This document shows, piece by piece, positions 28,286 to 38,252 of a DNA stretch of 62,378 nt; the first letter of the stretch is position 1, and each line of letters starts with the position of its first letter. Source of the stretch: a virus (Duplodnaviria > Caudoviricetes); the IMG/VR virus record IMGVR_UViG_3300033148_010415, positions 1-62,378 of that record. The stretch is one strand, 5' to 3'. The position numbers and the translations under genes were made by a program. Under the pieces are notes generated by a model, which saw only the letters and a list, made by a program, of their open reading frames with translations, did not search any database and had not been told where the DNA came from.

Positions 28286-31200
28286 GTGGAAGCGGTAACA
28301 GCCGCAATACTTGATTTTCTTGTTATAGAAATTGGCGCAACCGTGGGATTTGCCAACGTTGTAGCCGGTGCTGTAACGTTCGGTCTGAAAGTAGCAGTAT
28401 TAGGTAGTGGAGCCTATCTGGCCGGGCGCGTATTCCAGGGCCGTAGGCCTTCTTTTACCTCTGAGGCGCAGGACAGGACGCACGTTGTTCGTTCGGCAGT
28501 GCAACCGTATCGCGTCATATATGGTGAGACCATGACCTCCGGTGCGCTGGTTTTCGCCACATCCGTAACGGGCGAATCCTCTTCCCAGAGCCAGAATTCA
28601 TATGCGTTAAAGGTTTGGGCCGATGAAGAGGCTGGGAGCAATACTATTACACTCTACACAAACGTATTGTGGAATCCACACAACACAATAGACCTCACTA
28701 TAGAGCAAAACACGGAGATTACTTTCGCCGGCGATGGTACCACCTACACCGTCCAAGCCGATGCCACGGGTACGCTCCTTTATCATGATGATGACCATAT
28801 CTGCAAAGTTGATCTAACTATATCTCCGGCCCTGCAGCAATATACCAATTCTGAAACAGAGGTCTACGAAGGCTCGGTTCCCCTTGCCTTTGTGGAAACC
28901 GTACCTGCGCGACAAGGAACAACCCATAAATACGTACACATGGTCATTTCGCTTGCGGGACATCAGGTACAGGAAATCGGTGATATATATTTTGACGATA
29001 CCATCCCGCACGATATTCCGATAACCTCATCGAGTGTCGCCAACCCTACAACTATAACTACCACGAGAAGGCACAGCCTTAAGACCGGGGATAAGATAAA
29101 GATTCAGAATCATTCCGGCGGATCTCCGGATATTAACGGAGAGCATACGGTCCTTGCTGCTCCTACTCCCACTACGTTCCAGATAGACGTGAACGTTACC
29201 CAGGCTGGTACCGGAGGGGAGTGTTTTGTAACGAGATTCTATGAGGATGGTGATTATAATAGCCCGCTTTTCCGCATCAAAAAACATCTTGGTAGCCGGA
29301 ACCAGGATGCAGACCCGGACCTTGTCTCCGAAGTTTCGGACTGGACTAATGACCACAGGCTTAGGGGGCGAGCTTATATTTATGTGAGATTTACGTTTGA
29401 TGAAAAATACAAGGCATGGCCCAACGGCATTCCCAACATCAAGGCTATCGTCAAGGGGCGTCGCGTCCATGACCCACGGACAATGCAAGAGGGCGATATA
29501 ACGTCTTCAGTTCCCTACGATTCGGTGAGCACCAAGATAACAGCGATCGGACACGGCCTCGAAACCGATGATTTGGTGAGAATTACAGGACACAGTGATG
29601 ACGATATCAATGATGAGCATATCGTAACCGTGCTCGATGACGATAATTTCACCGTTCCAATCGTCATGTCTTCAAGTGCGGGATCCGGCGGAACGTTCAG
29701 CGAAATAGCGTATTCAAACAATTCGGCTTTATGCGTACGGGACTATTTGACCGCTGAATTCGGTCTGAATTGCGGTAGAAATCGTATTGACGATGCTATC
29801 TGTATTGCAAGCGCCAATGTATGTGATGAAGACGTTGAACTTGATGCCAGTTCCGATCCTGAGACCCAAAAGCGCTATACATGCGACGGGTCGTTTACGC
29901 TCGACATGATTCCCAAGGATATCCTCGAATCACTTTGTAGCTCCATGGCAAGCCCTCCGCCGGTATGGACTGAGGGTAAATATAGGATTTTTGCCGGCGC
30001 GTATCAGGCACTGTCTTTGACCCTTGATGAAGACGATTTAAGAGATGATATAGAAATTCATCCGCGGACGTCGCGTCAAAAACTGTTCAACGCCGTGCGC
30101 GGCGTATTTACCGATCCCAACCGTGAATGGCAGCCCACAGATTTTCCACCCATAGTAAATTCTTATTACGAATCTCAGGACGGCGGACAACGCATCTATA
30201 AGGACATAGAGCTTCCATTTACCCAAAACATAATCCGGGCCCAGCGGATAGCGAAAATATATCTTGAGAAGGAAAGGCAGCCTATAACCGTTCGATTTCC
30301 TGCAAAAATAACAGGATACCAGGTCGCCCTGCTGGACACGATCGGGCTCAAGATAAACGTCCTTGGATGGAATGGTTCGGCATTTCCCAACGGCAAGGAG
30401 TTTACCTGTGTTGGCTGGTCTATCTCAAAGGACGGAGGAATCGATCTTGATTTCAGGGAAGAAGCATCCGGGATCTATGATTGGAATTATGGCGAAGCTA
30501 CGACTTTTGACTATGCGCCCGATACGGCATTGCCGCGACCTCACGAGATCGATGCACCTAACAATCTCACGTTGACTGAAGAAGTTTACAAAGAGGGAGG
30601 ACGATACAAATCCCGCGTGCGGATCACCTGGGACCCGGTAGATGATTATTCGATCATGCACTATATCCTTGAGGGGGCTTATTACGGCTCTGATACCTAT
30701 TATTCGCTCAATATGGGTACCCGCACCTGGTATGTGGTTGAGAACGTACCGCGGGGACGATATAGCGTGCGGTTGAAGGCGGTCAACCTCTACCAGTGCT
30801 CCAGCGACTGGATAAGCGCAGATATCACGGTCTTCGGTATAAACCCGATCCTCGCGTCCGCGGGCCTGGCGCCTCCGATTCAGCCGAAGCTCTTCTACAC
30901 GCCGGACAAATACGGCCACGTCAACAAGGTACGGTTTCAGTGTCAGTACAGGGTCGGTGCGGGCGGAGTCCCCACCGGCATACTGCTTCTTTATGCCATA
31001 TCCGACTATCCGAACATGCTCACCCTGGGGACCGACTCCGGATCCACTATCGACATCGCAGGGGGAGCCGTCATCGACCAGGGTGAGTACGAGGGGGAGA
31101 TCCTCGCCGGCTCCACCAGGTCCCGGCTAATTCTCAGGACGGAAACGAACCCGTTTTCCACCGAGTTCGACCGGGCCGGGATGTTCTGGTTCCAGTTCGG

Positions 31201-31705
31201 CTCGTCCCAGTGGCGCAAGGCCAGCGGCTACGATGAGCTGGGCGTCGACTTCCGCATTCCGTTCGATGTGGACCCCACGCCCGGGCAAAAACTGAACTAC
31301 ATCATGATCGGCTGGATAGACGACCGGGACCCCGACAACCGGCTTCTGTTCGTCAGGAACGCGGGCGGCGACTACGAGGTCATCAAGTGGGGCGCGGTGG
31401 AACAGGCCGGTAACACGTTCCGCCTCACCGGGTGCAGCCGCGGGCAGGAAGGAACTACCCAGATGGACGTGAGCGGCCTTGATGCTCATTATTACCCGTG
31501 GATCGGCCCGGGCACGGCCTTCATCAACTTCCCGCTGGATTCGTTCTCCGAGGTCGGCAAGGGCATCTACGAAGCCAACGCGGACGCGGGGTTCAACTGG
31601 CTGCCGCAGTTCTGGTCATCGTTCGCCTGCCTGGCGTATATCGAGACCGAGGGCGGGTATATCCGTTCTTATATCGTTCCGGCGCAAAGAGGAGGAGGGT
31701 TATGA
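28286..31705 (+). CDS. Tail tip/host-specificity protein (gpJ-like)
   Basis: 1139 aa; YGET..SG, HRLRGRAY, GIPNI, SNNSALCVRDYL, FN3-like region. Confidence 0.9.
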   Translation: MEAVTAAILDFLVIEIGATVGFANVVAGAVTFGLKVAVLGSGAYLAGRVFQGRRPSFTSEAQDRTHVVRSAVQPYRVIYGETMTSGALVFATSVTGESSSQSQNSYALKVWADEEAGSNTITLYTNVLWNPHNTIDLTIEQNTEITFAGDGTTYTVQADATGTLLYHDDDHICKVDLTISPALQQYTNSETEVYEGSVPLAFVETVPARQGTTHKYVHMVISLAGHQVQEIGDIYFDDTIPHDIPITSSSVANPTTITTTRRHSLKTGDKIKIQNHSGGSPDINGEHTVLAAPTPTTFQIDVNVTQAGTGGECFVTRFYEDGDYNSPLFRIKKHLGSRNQDADPDLVSEVSDWTNDHRLRGRAYIYVRFTFDEKYKAWPNGIPNIKAIVKGRRVHDPRTMQEGDITSSVPYDSVSTKITAIGHGLETDDLVRITGHSDDDINDEHIVTVLDDDNFTVPIVMSSSAGSGGTFSEIAYSNNSALCVRDYLTAEFGLNCGRNRIDDAICIASANVCDEDVELDASSDPETQKRYTCDGSFTLDMIPKDILESLCSSMASPPPVWTEGKYRIFAGAYQALSLTLDEDDLRDDIEIHPRTSRQKLFNAVRGVFTDPNREWQPTDFPPIVNSYYESQDGGQRIYKDIELPFTQNIIRAQRIAKIYLEKERQPITVRFPAKITGYQVALLDTIGLKINVLGWNGSAFPNGKEFTCVGWSISKDGGIDLDFREEASGIYDWNYGEATTFDYAPDTALPRPHEIDAPNNLTLTEEVYKEGGRYKSRVRITWDPVDDYSIMHYILEGAYYGSDTYYSLNMGTRTWYVVENVPRGRYSVRLKAVNLYQCSSDWISADITVFGINPILASAGLAPPIQPKLFYTPDKYGHVNKVRFQCQYRVGAGGVPTGILLLYAISDYPNMLTLGTDSGSTIDIAGGAVIDQGEYEGEILAGSTRSRLILRTETNPFSTEFDRAGMFWFQFGSSQWRKASGYDELGVDFRIPFDVDPTPGQKLNYIMIGWIDDRDPDNRLLFVRNAGGDYEVIKWGAVEQAGNTFRLTGCSRGQEGTTQMDVSGLDAHYYPWIGPGTAFINFPLDSFSEVGKGIYEANADAGFNWLPQFWSSFACLAYIETEGGYIRSYIVPAQRGGGL

Positions 31706-33342
31706 GCCTCGCGGGGATCGGCGACTATCTCATAGGCGTCCAGGCCAGCGAGGGGCTTGATTTCGGGATAATACCGCCCAATCCCTTTGAGGAAGGCCCG
31801 GTGGATCCCTACGGCATCCTCCTGGATTTCGCAAAGCGCCTGGCGGATGTGGAGGATCGTCTTGAGTTCAAAGTAGACAAAGGCCGCGTGGCGTCCGAGA
31901 TCGTCATTGCAAAAGAGGCCGTGAAAATTCAGAGCGACATGATCGGCCTTATCGGGGCCGTTTCCTTCTGGGACTGGTACAGGGATGTCTCCGGCGCGGC
32001 CACGGGCATCATCGATCCAAGCCAGACGCAGATCCGCGGCGGCGTCATAAGGACTGAAAAAATCCTGAACTGGGACGGAGACTCCTATATCAACCTGGAA
32101 GCAGGTAAGAATCCCGAGGACGATATATTTCTAAAAGCCCTGGATGGGGTGAAGATTTACTCCGATGGCAGCGCTTTTCTCGGCAAGGAAACGGGCGCAT
32201 ATCTGGAGTACGACGCGGACACCGGCGCATTCCTGATCCAGTGCGCGGGGACAAGCGACATTGAGGGCCTTATCGTCGGAAACGTTCCCACCACAACGGG
32301 ATATCTCATCAATGACAAGGGCCAGCGCGGATTTTACGGCGGAGACCTCGTGTTCGTCCACGCCCTCCAGGACATCAACGAAGGCGGGTGGAACATCGGC
32401 GCGGGCGATGTGGGATGGGGTAGGCCGAACCAGTCATACATCTACTGGGACCAGGATGAGAACCGCTTCCTTATAGATATCAAATCGACTGCGAACAATG
32501 CGGGACTGGCGATCGGCGACTTTTCATCCTTCGACCCGATCACGGGCAGTGGGTTCATCCACAACGCAAAGGCTATACGAGGATACGCGGACAGCGATCT
32601 GGTCTACGTCGCGGCGATCCAGGCGATCAACGAGGGAGGGTGGAACATCGGCGCGGGCGACGTGGGATGGGGCAGGCCGAACCAGTCATACATCTACTGG
32701 GACCAGGATGAGAACCGCTTTCTCATAGATATCAAATCGACTGCGAACAACGCGGGTTTGGCGATCGGCGACTTTTCATCCTTCGACCCGATCACGGGCA
32801 GTGGGTTCATCCACAACGCAAAGGCTATACGAGGATATGCGAACAGCGATCTGGTCTACGTCGCGGCGATCCAGGCGATCAACGAGGGAAACTGGAACAT
32901 ACCAGCGGGAAGCTGGGGCATAGGGAATCCCTCCACCAACAAGTATCTCTACTGGGACGGATCGACTGGTGATATGACGATCAGAGGAAACCTGAATGCT
33001 GATGATATCACGGCAGGCACCATCACCGGCAGGATGCTCAGGACAGCCGTTAGCGGCCAGAGATTTGAGGTAAGTGTATCGGATAATTGTGCTTACTGGT
33101 ATAATTCCAATGGAATAAAAAAAGTCATAATAGGTGGAGGTGGTGGAGGAGCATTTGTTGATATAGCTGGTTTATTATACACCGATGGCATATGGAGCAA
33201 TGGAAATGTAACCTTGGATGGTACCGGGTCAGACCTACGCGTGGGTGGCACCATAAAGTGGGCCGGGAGCCAGTCAAATCCGTTTACTCTGTATATTTAT
33301 CAAAACGGATGGAAGGCCTATTCAGCTTACATACTTACATAG
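31702..33342 (+). CDS. Tail fibre/receptor-binding protein with internal 84-aa duplication
   Basis: Strong SD and ATGA overlap with gpJ; ADDITAGTIT motif. Confidence 0.7.
   Translation: MSLAGIGDYLIGVQASEGLDFGIIPPNPFEEGPVDPYGILLDFAKRLADVEDRLEFKVDKGRVASEIVIAKEAVKIQSDMIGLIGAVSFWDWYRDVSGAATGIIDPSQTQIRGGVIRTEKILNWDGDSYINLEAGKNPEDDIFLKALDGVKIYSDGSAFLGKETGAYLEYDADTGAFLIQCAGTSDIEGLIVGNVPTTTGYLINDKGQRGFYGGDLVFVHALQDINEGGWNIGAGDVGWGRPNQSYIYWDQDENRFLIDIKSTANNAGLAIGDFSSFDPITGSGFIHNAKAIRGYADSDLVYVAAIQAINEGGWNIGAGDVGWGRPNQSYIYWDQDENRFLIDIKSTANNAGLAIGDFSSFDPITGSGFIHNAKAIRGYANSDLVYVAAIQAINEGNWNIPAGSWGIGNPSTNKYLYWDGSTGDMTIRGNLNADDITAGTITGRMLRTAVSGQRFEVSVSDNCAYWYNSNGIKKVIIGGGGGGAFVDIAGLLYTDGIWSNGNVTLDGTGSDLRVGGTIKWAGSQSNPFTLYIYQNGWKAYSAYILT
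32374..32900 (+). repeat. 252-bp tandem duplication (two near-identical copies plus partial third)
   Basis: ATCAACGA anchors at 32374, 32626 and 32878. Confidence 0.9.
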
Positions 33343-33359
33343 CTTAGCAGGAGGCGTTC

Positions 33360-33665
33360 GTGAAATTCCGAATAATCAATTACTTCAAAAGTCCGGATGC
33401 CAGCAAATTCACGGCTTCGATTGAGATTGTGGATAATGACGGGCATGCCGTATACCAATGCCACGTCGATGTGCCGACGGATAGAGCGATGACGCAGCAA
33501 GAAATCGAAGAATATATTCGATACTCAGCGGAGAAGCGGTATGACCGATACCTTCGAACGATCGCGAGGGCCGGAAAGGTCTCCGAGGACAAGGTCGGAG
33601 CGCTCGTTGGGAAAACCTTTGATCTGCGCAGGGGAGGCAATCATGGCCAAAAAACCGAAAATTGA
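33360..33665 (+). CDS. Hypothetical tail-region protein
   Basis: SD AGGAGG with GTG start. Confidence 0.6.
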   Translation: MKFRIINYFKSPDASKFTASIEIVDNDGHAVYQCHVDVPTDRAMTQQEIEEYIRYSAEKRYDRYLRTIARAGKVSEDKVGALVGKTFDLRRGGNHGQKTEN

Positions 33666-33906
33666 GCCGGTTACGAGTGAAGCGATCAACATCGAGGTCG
33701 CCAAAGACCAGATCGCTCAGATACTGCGCCGGAACATCGGCAGCATGATGACCGTCGATCTTTACAACGGCGTCATGGTGGCGATCAATCAAATACTCCC
33801 GAGGTCCCCGGCTCTAACAAACGTGGGGACCAAGAAAGTCGGCAAGCAGCAGAAGGAAGCAAAGGAAACAGCCAATGACAGCGCAAGGAATACCGACAAA
33901 GCTTGA
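33643..33906 (+). CDS. Hypothetical tail-region protein
   Basis: SD GGAGG; overlaps neighbours. Confidence 0.55.
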   Translation: MAKKPKIEPVTSEAINIEVAKDQIAQILRRNIGSMMTVDLYNGVMVAINQILPRSPALTNVGTKKVGKQQKEAKETANDSARNTDKA

Positions 33907-35458
33907 TCTGATCATCAAGCAATTAGTAGAACTCAGGGCTTACGTGCACGGCAAGTATCCCAGCGGCAAGCTCTACGCAATGATCGGGAACCATTGCGTC
34001 TACGGATGCAAGGTAACAGAGGGTTTCTCCGCATCCGACATGCTCCTGGCGTTGGACGGCCAGGCCGCGGGCGATGAGTCTCACCTGAACCCCGACATCG
34101 AAGATCCCCCGACCAGGTATGAACATTACCCGAACATGGCTCTCGTTTACGGCGAGGTCTTCCTCAAGAAAAACGTGAACAAAACCACGGAGGAAGACGA
34201 TTCGCTGCTCCTGGGCGATGCTCCAGGCACGTCGGGCTATGGGCGCTATGATGTTATCTATCTTTACATGGGCCATGCGGGTCCGGGGATCGGCATCCTG
34301 CAGGGGACGGCGTCAACGGAGTGCTATAACGACTTCCAGGCGAACGGATTGGAACAGGGCGCCTATCCTCAGACATACGACCCCACCGGACTGCCTGCCG
34401 GCGTTATGGTCGTAGCGCGTGTTTACGTGCAATACGGAGATACGGGCATCGGGAATGCACGGATAGCCGACTTGCGAACGTTTACGGGTCGCATACACAG
34501 CGACGTGATGGAACTGGCCAATGCCAAGGGCGACCTACTGGTCGGCAAAAGCAACAATGTGCTGGAAGCGATTACGGCGGGTTCTCAAGGGCAATTGCTC
34601 ATAATCGACAGCAATCAGACTCTTGGCGTCAAATGGGAGTCAGTTCTCAAGAATCTGTGCGACGGGCGGGTGATACGTCAATCGGCGACCGTAGCGAGGC
34701 TTCAGGGATTGGACGGCTCAAGCAAGCTTATTTTCATCAACGGCAATTTCGGAGATCTTTCCACACCCTGGGACTGTGATCTAACGGCTGATAATACCAT
34801 TACCGCTGCGGGAGTGGATTCGGGAAGCTTACCGTCTGCTGATACAACATATTGTTCATATGCGATAGGTCCTGGTCATAGCAATGCAAATCTCAGAAAC
34901 AAACTAAGATTAAGTACAACCGCGCCCGCGAGCGATGGATATTTGGGGGGAAGTGGAGACGCGGCCCACTGCAGGCATGTGGGATGGTTGCATACGGATG
35001 GAAGCACGCAGATTGCGGATGAGACTTGCCACAGCAAATTCAAGGGAAAAACCGCCTCGGTCAGAAATACTTTAACTTCAGGCACTTATTCTCCCGGCAA
35101 TGCGTCCACATGGGAGGATACGGGCGTGGAGGTCGATTTTCTGTGGCCTCCCGGCTGGGCTGCGATCATTGAATTCACTTCCACTTCATATCATAACGCA
35201 GCCAACCAGAACATAATGGTCAGAACACACCTCCAGCAGAAAAACGAAGAAACGGTCGGGCCGCTCGCCACATGCGCTGCTAGCACTGCTAGGGTTGTCA
35301 TCGCGGGAGCGAGGACATGGCGCGGTGGGGCGTCGCCAGTTTTTGAAACGGCGAAGCTGCAGATATGGACAAGTCAGGTATCCCCGAACAACGCTACTAT
35401 TTTTAAAAGCAACGTTTATTCGGACGTGATTGTCACACTGATACCGGAGGTAACATGA
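33875..35458 (+). CDS. Putative tail fibre protein
   Basis: 527 aa; GRYDVI..IADLR N-terminus, AKGDLLVG..GSQGQLL..DSNQTLGVKW fibre-like motif. Confidence 0.65.
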   Translation: MTAQGIPTKLDLIIKQLVELRAYVHGKYPSGKLYAMIGNHCVYGCKVTEGFSASDMLLALDGQAAGDESHLNPDIEDPPTRYEHYPNMALVYGEVFLKKNVNKTTEEDDSLLLGDAPGTSGYGRYDVIYLYMGHAGPGIGILQGTASTECYNDFQANGLEQGAYPQTYDPTGLPAGVMVVARVYVQYGDTGIGNARIADLRTFTGRIHSDVMELANAKGDLLVGKSNNVLEAITAGSQGQLLIIDSNQTLGVKWESVLKNLCDGRVIRQSATVARLQGLDGSSKLIFINGNFGDLSTPWDCDLTADNTITAAGVDSGSLPSADTTYCSYAIGPGHSNANLRNKLRLSTTAPASDGYLGGSGDAAHCRHVGWLHTDGSTQIADETCHSKFKGKTASVRNTLTSGTYSPGNASTWEDTGVEVDFLWPPGWAAIIEFTSTSYHNAANQNIMVRTHLQQKNEETVGPLATCAASTARVVIAGARTWRGGASPVFETAKLQIWTSQVSPNNATIFKSNVYSDVIVTLIPEVT

Positions 35459-36447
35459 AAAAATTATACTTTTTGTTTCTTTTATTATGGGTATCAACAG
35501 CATTCGCTCAAGATATCAGGCCTGATGTTCTTGAACGAAGAGATTATGTGATCTATGACTATATATGGAAAGCTGGTGATATTCCAACGATTGAAGTCGA
35601 ATACAATATCAGCGACCTAATATATGCGGACGTGGATAGGCTTGGTCGCATTGACAAATTGATTGTCCAAATGGATAACGGTTTTTCATCTACTGTCTAT
35701 CACTTCAGGTCTCGTCTGGGGAATAATCGCTTAATCATTTATCATCAGGGACATGGGGGGCACTTTAATATCGGCAAAGACACTATAATTTTCTTTATTG
35801 AACATGGTTATGATGTTCTGGCATTTGCGATGCCGCTTCGTGACCCGAATCCACACCCAGTTGTCGTCAATATTCCAGGATTTGGCGACATCACCATTGC
35901 CAATCACCCGGATTTTCACTTCATGGAAATTCTTGGAATTTCGCCGATTAAATATTTTCTTGAACCCGTGGGAATGGGGGTCAATTATGTAAAAGAAAAT
36001 TATGACTATGACCTTATTGCCATGATAGGGATAAGTGGCGGGGGATGGACAACAACGGTCTATTCAGCCCTTGATTCTCGAATAGATAAAAGTTATCCCG
36101 TGGCTGGCAGCTTGCCCATGAGATATAGGAACATGGAAAACGGTACGAGGCATCTCGGAGATTATGAACAATCAGTACCGGAATTATATTCGATATTAAA
36201 TTGTACTGAACAATATTTCCTTGGAGCACAGGGGGGCAGGAGACAGCTACAGATTCTCAATAAATACGATCCTTGTTGTTTTCAGCCTCCAGCTAACTAT
36301 CAAGAAGAAGTGGTCCAGCAAATTAAAGATGAATTGCGACGGCGATGGGATACCGGGCAATTCGATTTATTTATTGATGACACACACAGCAGTCATATGA
36401 TTTCCCCTACCGCTTTAAATGTTATTTTACAAGACTTGGAGCAATAG
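35455..36447 (+). CDS. Secreted alpha/beta hydrolase (esterase-like) moron
   Basis: Signal peptide MKKLYFLFLLLWVSTAFA; HQGH, GISGGG nucleophile, YDPCCF, C-terminal His; AT-rich. Confidence 0.75.
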   Translation: MKKLYFLFLLLWVSTAFAQDIRPDVLERRDYVIYDYIWKAGDIPTIEVEYNISDLIYADVDRLGRIDKLIVQMDNGFSSTVYHFRSRLGNNRLIIYHQGHGGHFNIGKDTIIFFIEHGYDVLAFAMPLRDPNPHPVVVNIPGFGDITIANHPDFHFMEILGISPIKYFLEPVGMGVNYVKENYDYDLIAMIGISGGGWTTTVYSALDSRIDKSYPVAGSLPMRYRNMENGTRHLGDYEQSVPELYSILNCTEQYFLGAQGGRRQLQILNKYDPCCFQPPANYQEEVVQQIKDELRRRWDTGQFDLFIDDTHSSHMISPTALNVILQDLEQ

Positions 36448-36517
36448 AGACCACGCAGGGATCGTGTGATGCGGGATCGGTGAGAAGTATTGATCAGCCC
36501 GTTTTTTTCGAGGTGGA

Positions 36518-36715
36518 ATGATGACTCAGGAAAGAAATGTTTGTGCCCTGCATGAGGGCATGAAAGACAATGTCGATTGTCTCTGGGAGAAGATCGGCAA
36601 GCTTAATGACAAGCTTTTCTGGATCATGCTTTTGCTGGCGCTGAACCTGTTTCTCTCAGGCATGAATGTTGCCAGGGAATTTATGATGATTTTCGTGAGG
36701 GGAATCCCGAAATGA
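36518..36715 (+). CDS. Small membrane protein (holin/antiholin-like)
   Basis: One TM helix, start of lysis cassette. Confidence 0.55.
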   Translation: MMTQERNVCALHEGMKDNVDCLWEKIGKLNDKLFWIMLLLALNLFLSGMNVAREFMMIFVRGIPK

Positions 36716-36927
36716 TTGGTTCACCGGCTAGAGATGCAATCATAAGATATCATGCGGCGGTTGCGGGGCTGCTGCTGAAAGCGAAAGTCCCGGCGGAATA
36801 CAAGACACGAATATGTGTGATCCTGGCGCGGGGAGAAAAGGAGCTTGACAGGTGCTGCAAGAAATGTGTGGAGCGGCCCAGGCCGTGGTATTGGAAACTG
36901 TTTAAGAGAGGAGGGGCAAAGACATGA
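36712..36927 (+). CDS. Hypothetical protein
   Basis: ATGA overlaps on both sides. Confidence 0.55.
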   Translation: MIGSPARDAIIRYHAAVAGLLLKAKVPAEYKTRICVILARGEKELDRCCKKCVERPRPWYWKLFKRGGAKT

Positions 36928-37094
36928 AGGCGCTGACAAGGAAGGCAACGGCTGCAGGTATCGGGATGCCTGTAGCGGTCATTTCTGTATGGCTTATTGA
37001 GACATTCGGCAAGATCACGGTTCCGGCGGAAGTGGCGGCGGCTATGGGATCAGTGGCGAGTTTTGTACTGGCGTATGTGGTCAATGAGAAGTGA
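36924..37094 (+). CDS. Putative holin (56 aa, two TM helices; below the ORF-track cutoff)
   Basis: MKALTRKATAAGIGMPVAVISVWLIETFGKITVPAEVAAAMGSVASFVLAYVVNEK; SD GGAGG. Confidence 0.7.
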   Translation: MKALTRKATAAGIGMPVAVISVWLIETFGKITVPAEVAAAMGSVASFVLAYVVNEK

Positions 37095-37876
37095 TCAGAT
37101 TTCTGCATATCAGCGACCGACACTGGCATTCATCGAATGAGAGAAATGATACCCAGCTGAGGCTTCAGGAGGCCTTGGATAGCCGGTTCCGGGACCATAT
37201 CCTCATCGAGACAGGCGACATTACCGATGACGGCCACCAGGCGCAGTACGAGCGGGTCAGGGAGGCTATGGAGTCCTGGAGAGGGAGATGGTTTTTTTGC
37301 CCGGGCAACCACGATTATGGCATAGCAGGCAATTTCTATGATTCCGTGAGGGCGCTGCGCTTTGACGAAATGCTTTCGGAGCCGTTCAGCCAGGGCGGGG
37401 TATTCAGCGGAATAAATGCGCCCGTGGTCAATATGATCGAGGATGAAACCGACAGGGTAATGCTTATTGCCCTGGATTCCAATCTTGAGACGCCAAGTCC
37501 GTGGGATTTTGCTTGTGGAGAGATCGGGAATCATCAATTGAAGCCCTTAAGCCGGATATTGAAAGACGTTCCCCGGGATGTGATCAAGATCGTCTTCATG
37601 CACCATCACCCGTGGATCCACTGGGACCCGTTCATGAAGCTCCTGGATGCTCAATCACTTCTCATGCGCCTGCGGGGCAGGATCAACGTTCTTCTGTTTG
37701 GGCACCGGCACAAGGCGGGCATATGGAAAGGGAAATGGAACATTCAGCTGGCAATTGCGGCGCCCAGATCGCCGGAGGTTCCGTGGGTCAGAGAGATTGT
37801 GGTGGATAACGGCGAAATAATTATTAACCGTTTGTCATGGAGGGAATCAAACCATGAAAAGGAACCAGTTTTTTAA
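37091..37876 (+). CDS. Calcineurin-like metallophosphoesterase (CpdA/Icc-like)
   Basis: SDRH, GDITDDG, GNHD, HHHP, GHRH motifs. Confidence 0.85.
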   Translation: MIRFLHISDRHWHSSNERNDTQLRLQEALDSRFRDHILIETGDITDDGHQAQYERVREAMESWRGRWFFCPGNHDYGIAGNFYDSVRALRFDEMLSEPFSQGGVFSGINAPVVNMIEDETDRVMLIALDSNLETPSPWDFACGEIGNHQLKPLSRILKDVPRDVIKIVFMHHHPWIHWDPFMKLLDAQSLLMRLRGRINVLLFGHRHKAGIWKGKWNIQLAIAAPRSPEVPWVREIVVDNGEIIINRLSWRESNHEKEPVF

Positions 37877-38252
37877 ATGTATGGCTATGTTGCTGTTTTG
37901 TACGTTTCTCCTTGGCTGTGCTCATGGCAGGGATGCGATGCTGAGAGTAACGGATGAGCACGTGGCCAATGTGAAGGCAGCGAAAGAGGTGGCTGATAAA
38001 ATAAGAGATGTTGTGGTTTTTGAAATCACCTTCATCCGTGCGGCGCTGGGGTCAAACATCAACATGCTGCCGATGGAATCGATTAAGGCGATGGAATATA
38101 CATATCTTATCGCTAAAAAAGAAGGTCCTCTCACCGATGAGGAATTGGGCTGCCTGCTGGGATGGAGGGTGAATTTTTACAGTCATATTGTATTAGAAGT
38201 TCTTAATGCTTATGCTCCTGATGTACTCAAGGCCCTTAAAATTACTCTATGA
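37854..38252 (+). CDS. Lipoprotein (possible spanin-type lysis accessory)
   Basis: Lipobox LLGC after hydrophobic signal. Confidence 0.6.
   Translation: MKRNQFFKCMAMLLFCTFLLGCAHGRDAMLRVTDEHVANVKAAKEVADKIRDVVVFEITFIRAALGSNINMLPMESIKAMEYTYLIAKKEGPLTDEELGCLLGWRVNFYSHIVLEVLNAYAPDVLKALKITL

Noticed and set aside
32374-32900. Tail-fibre repeat as a diversity-generating retroelement TR/VR pair
   Set aside because: Copies are tandem and in frame, differences are mostly synonymous and not adenine-specific, and no reverse transcriptase is present.
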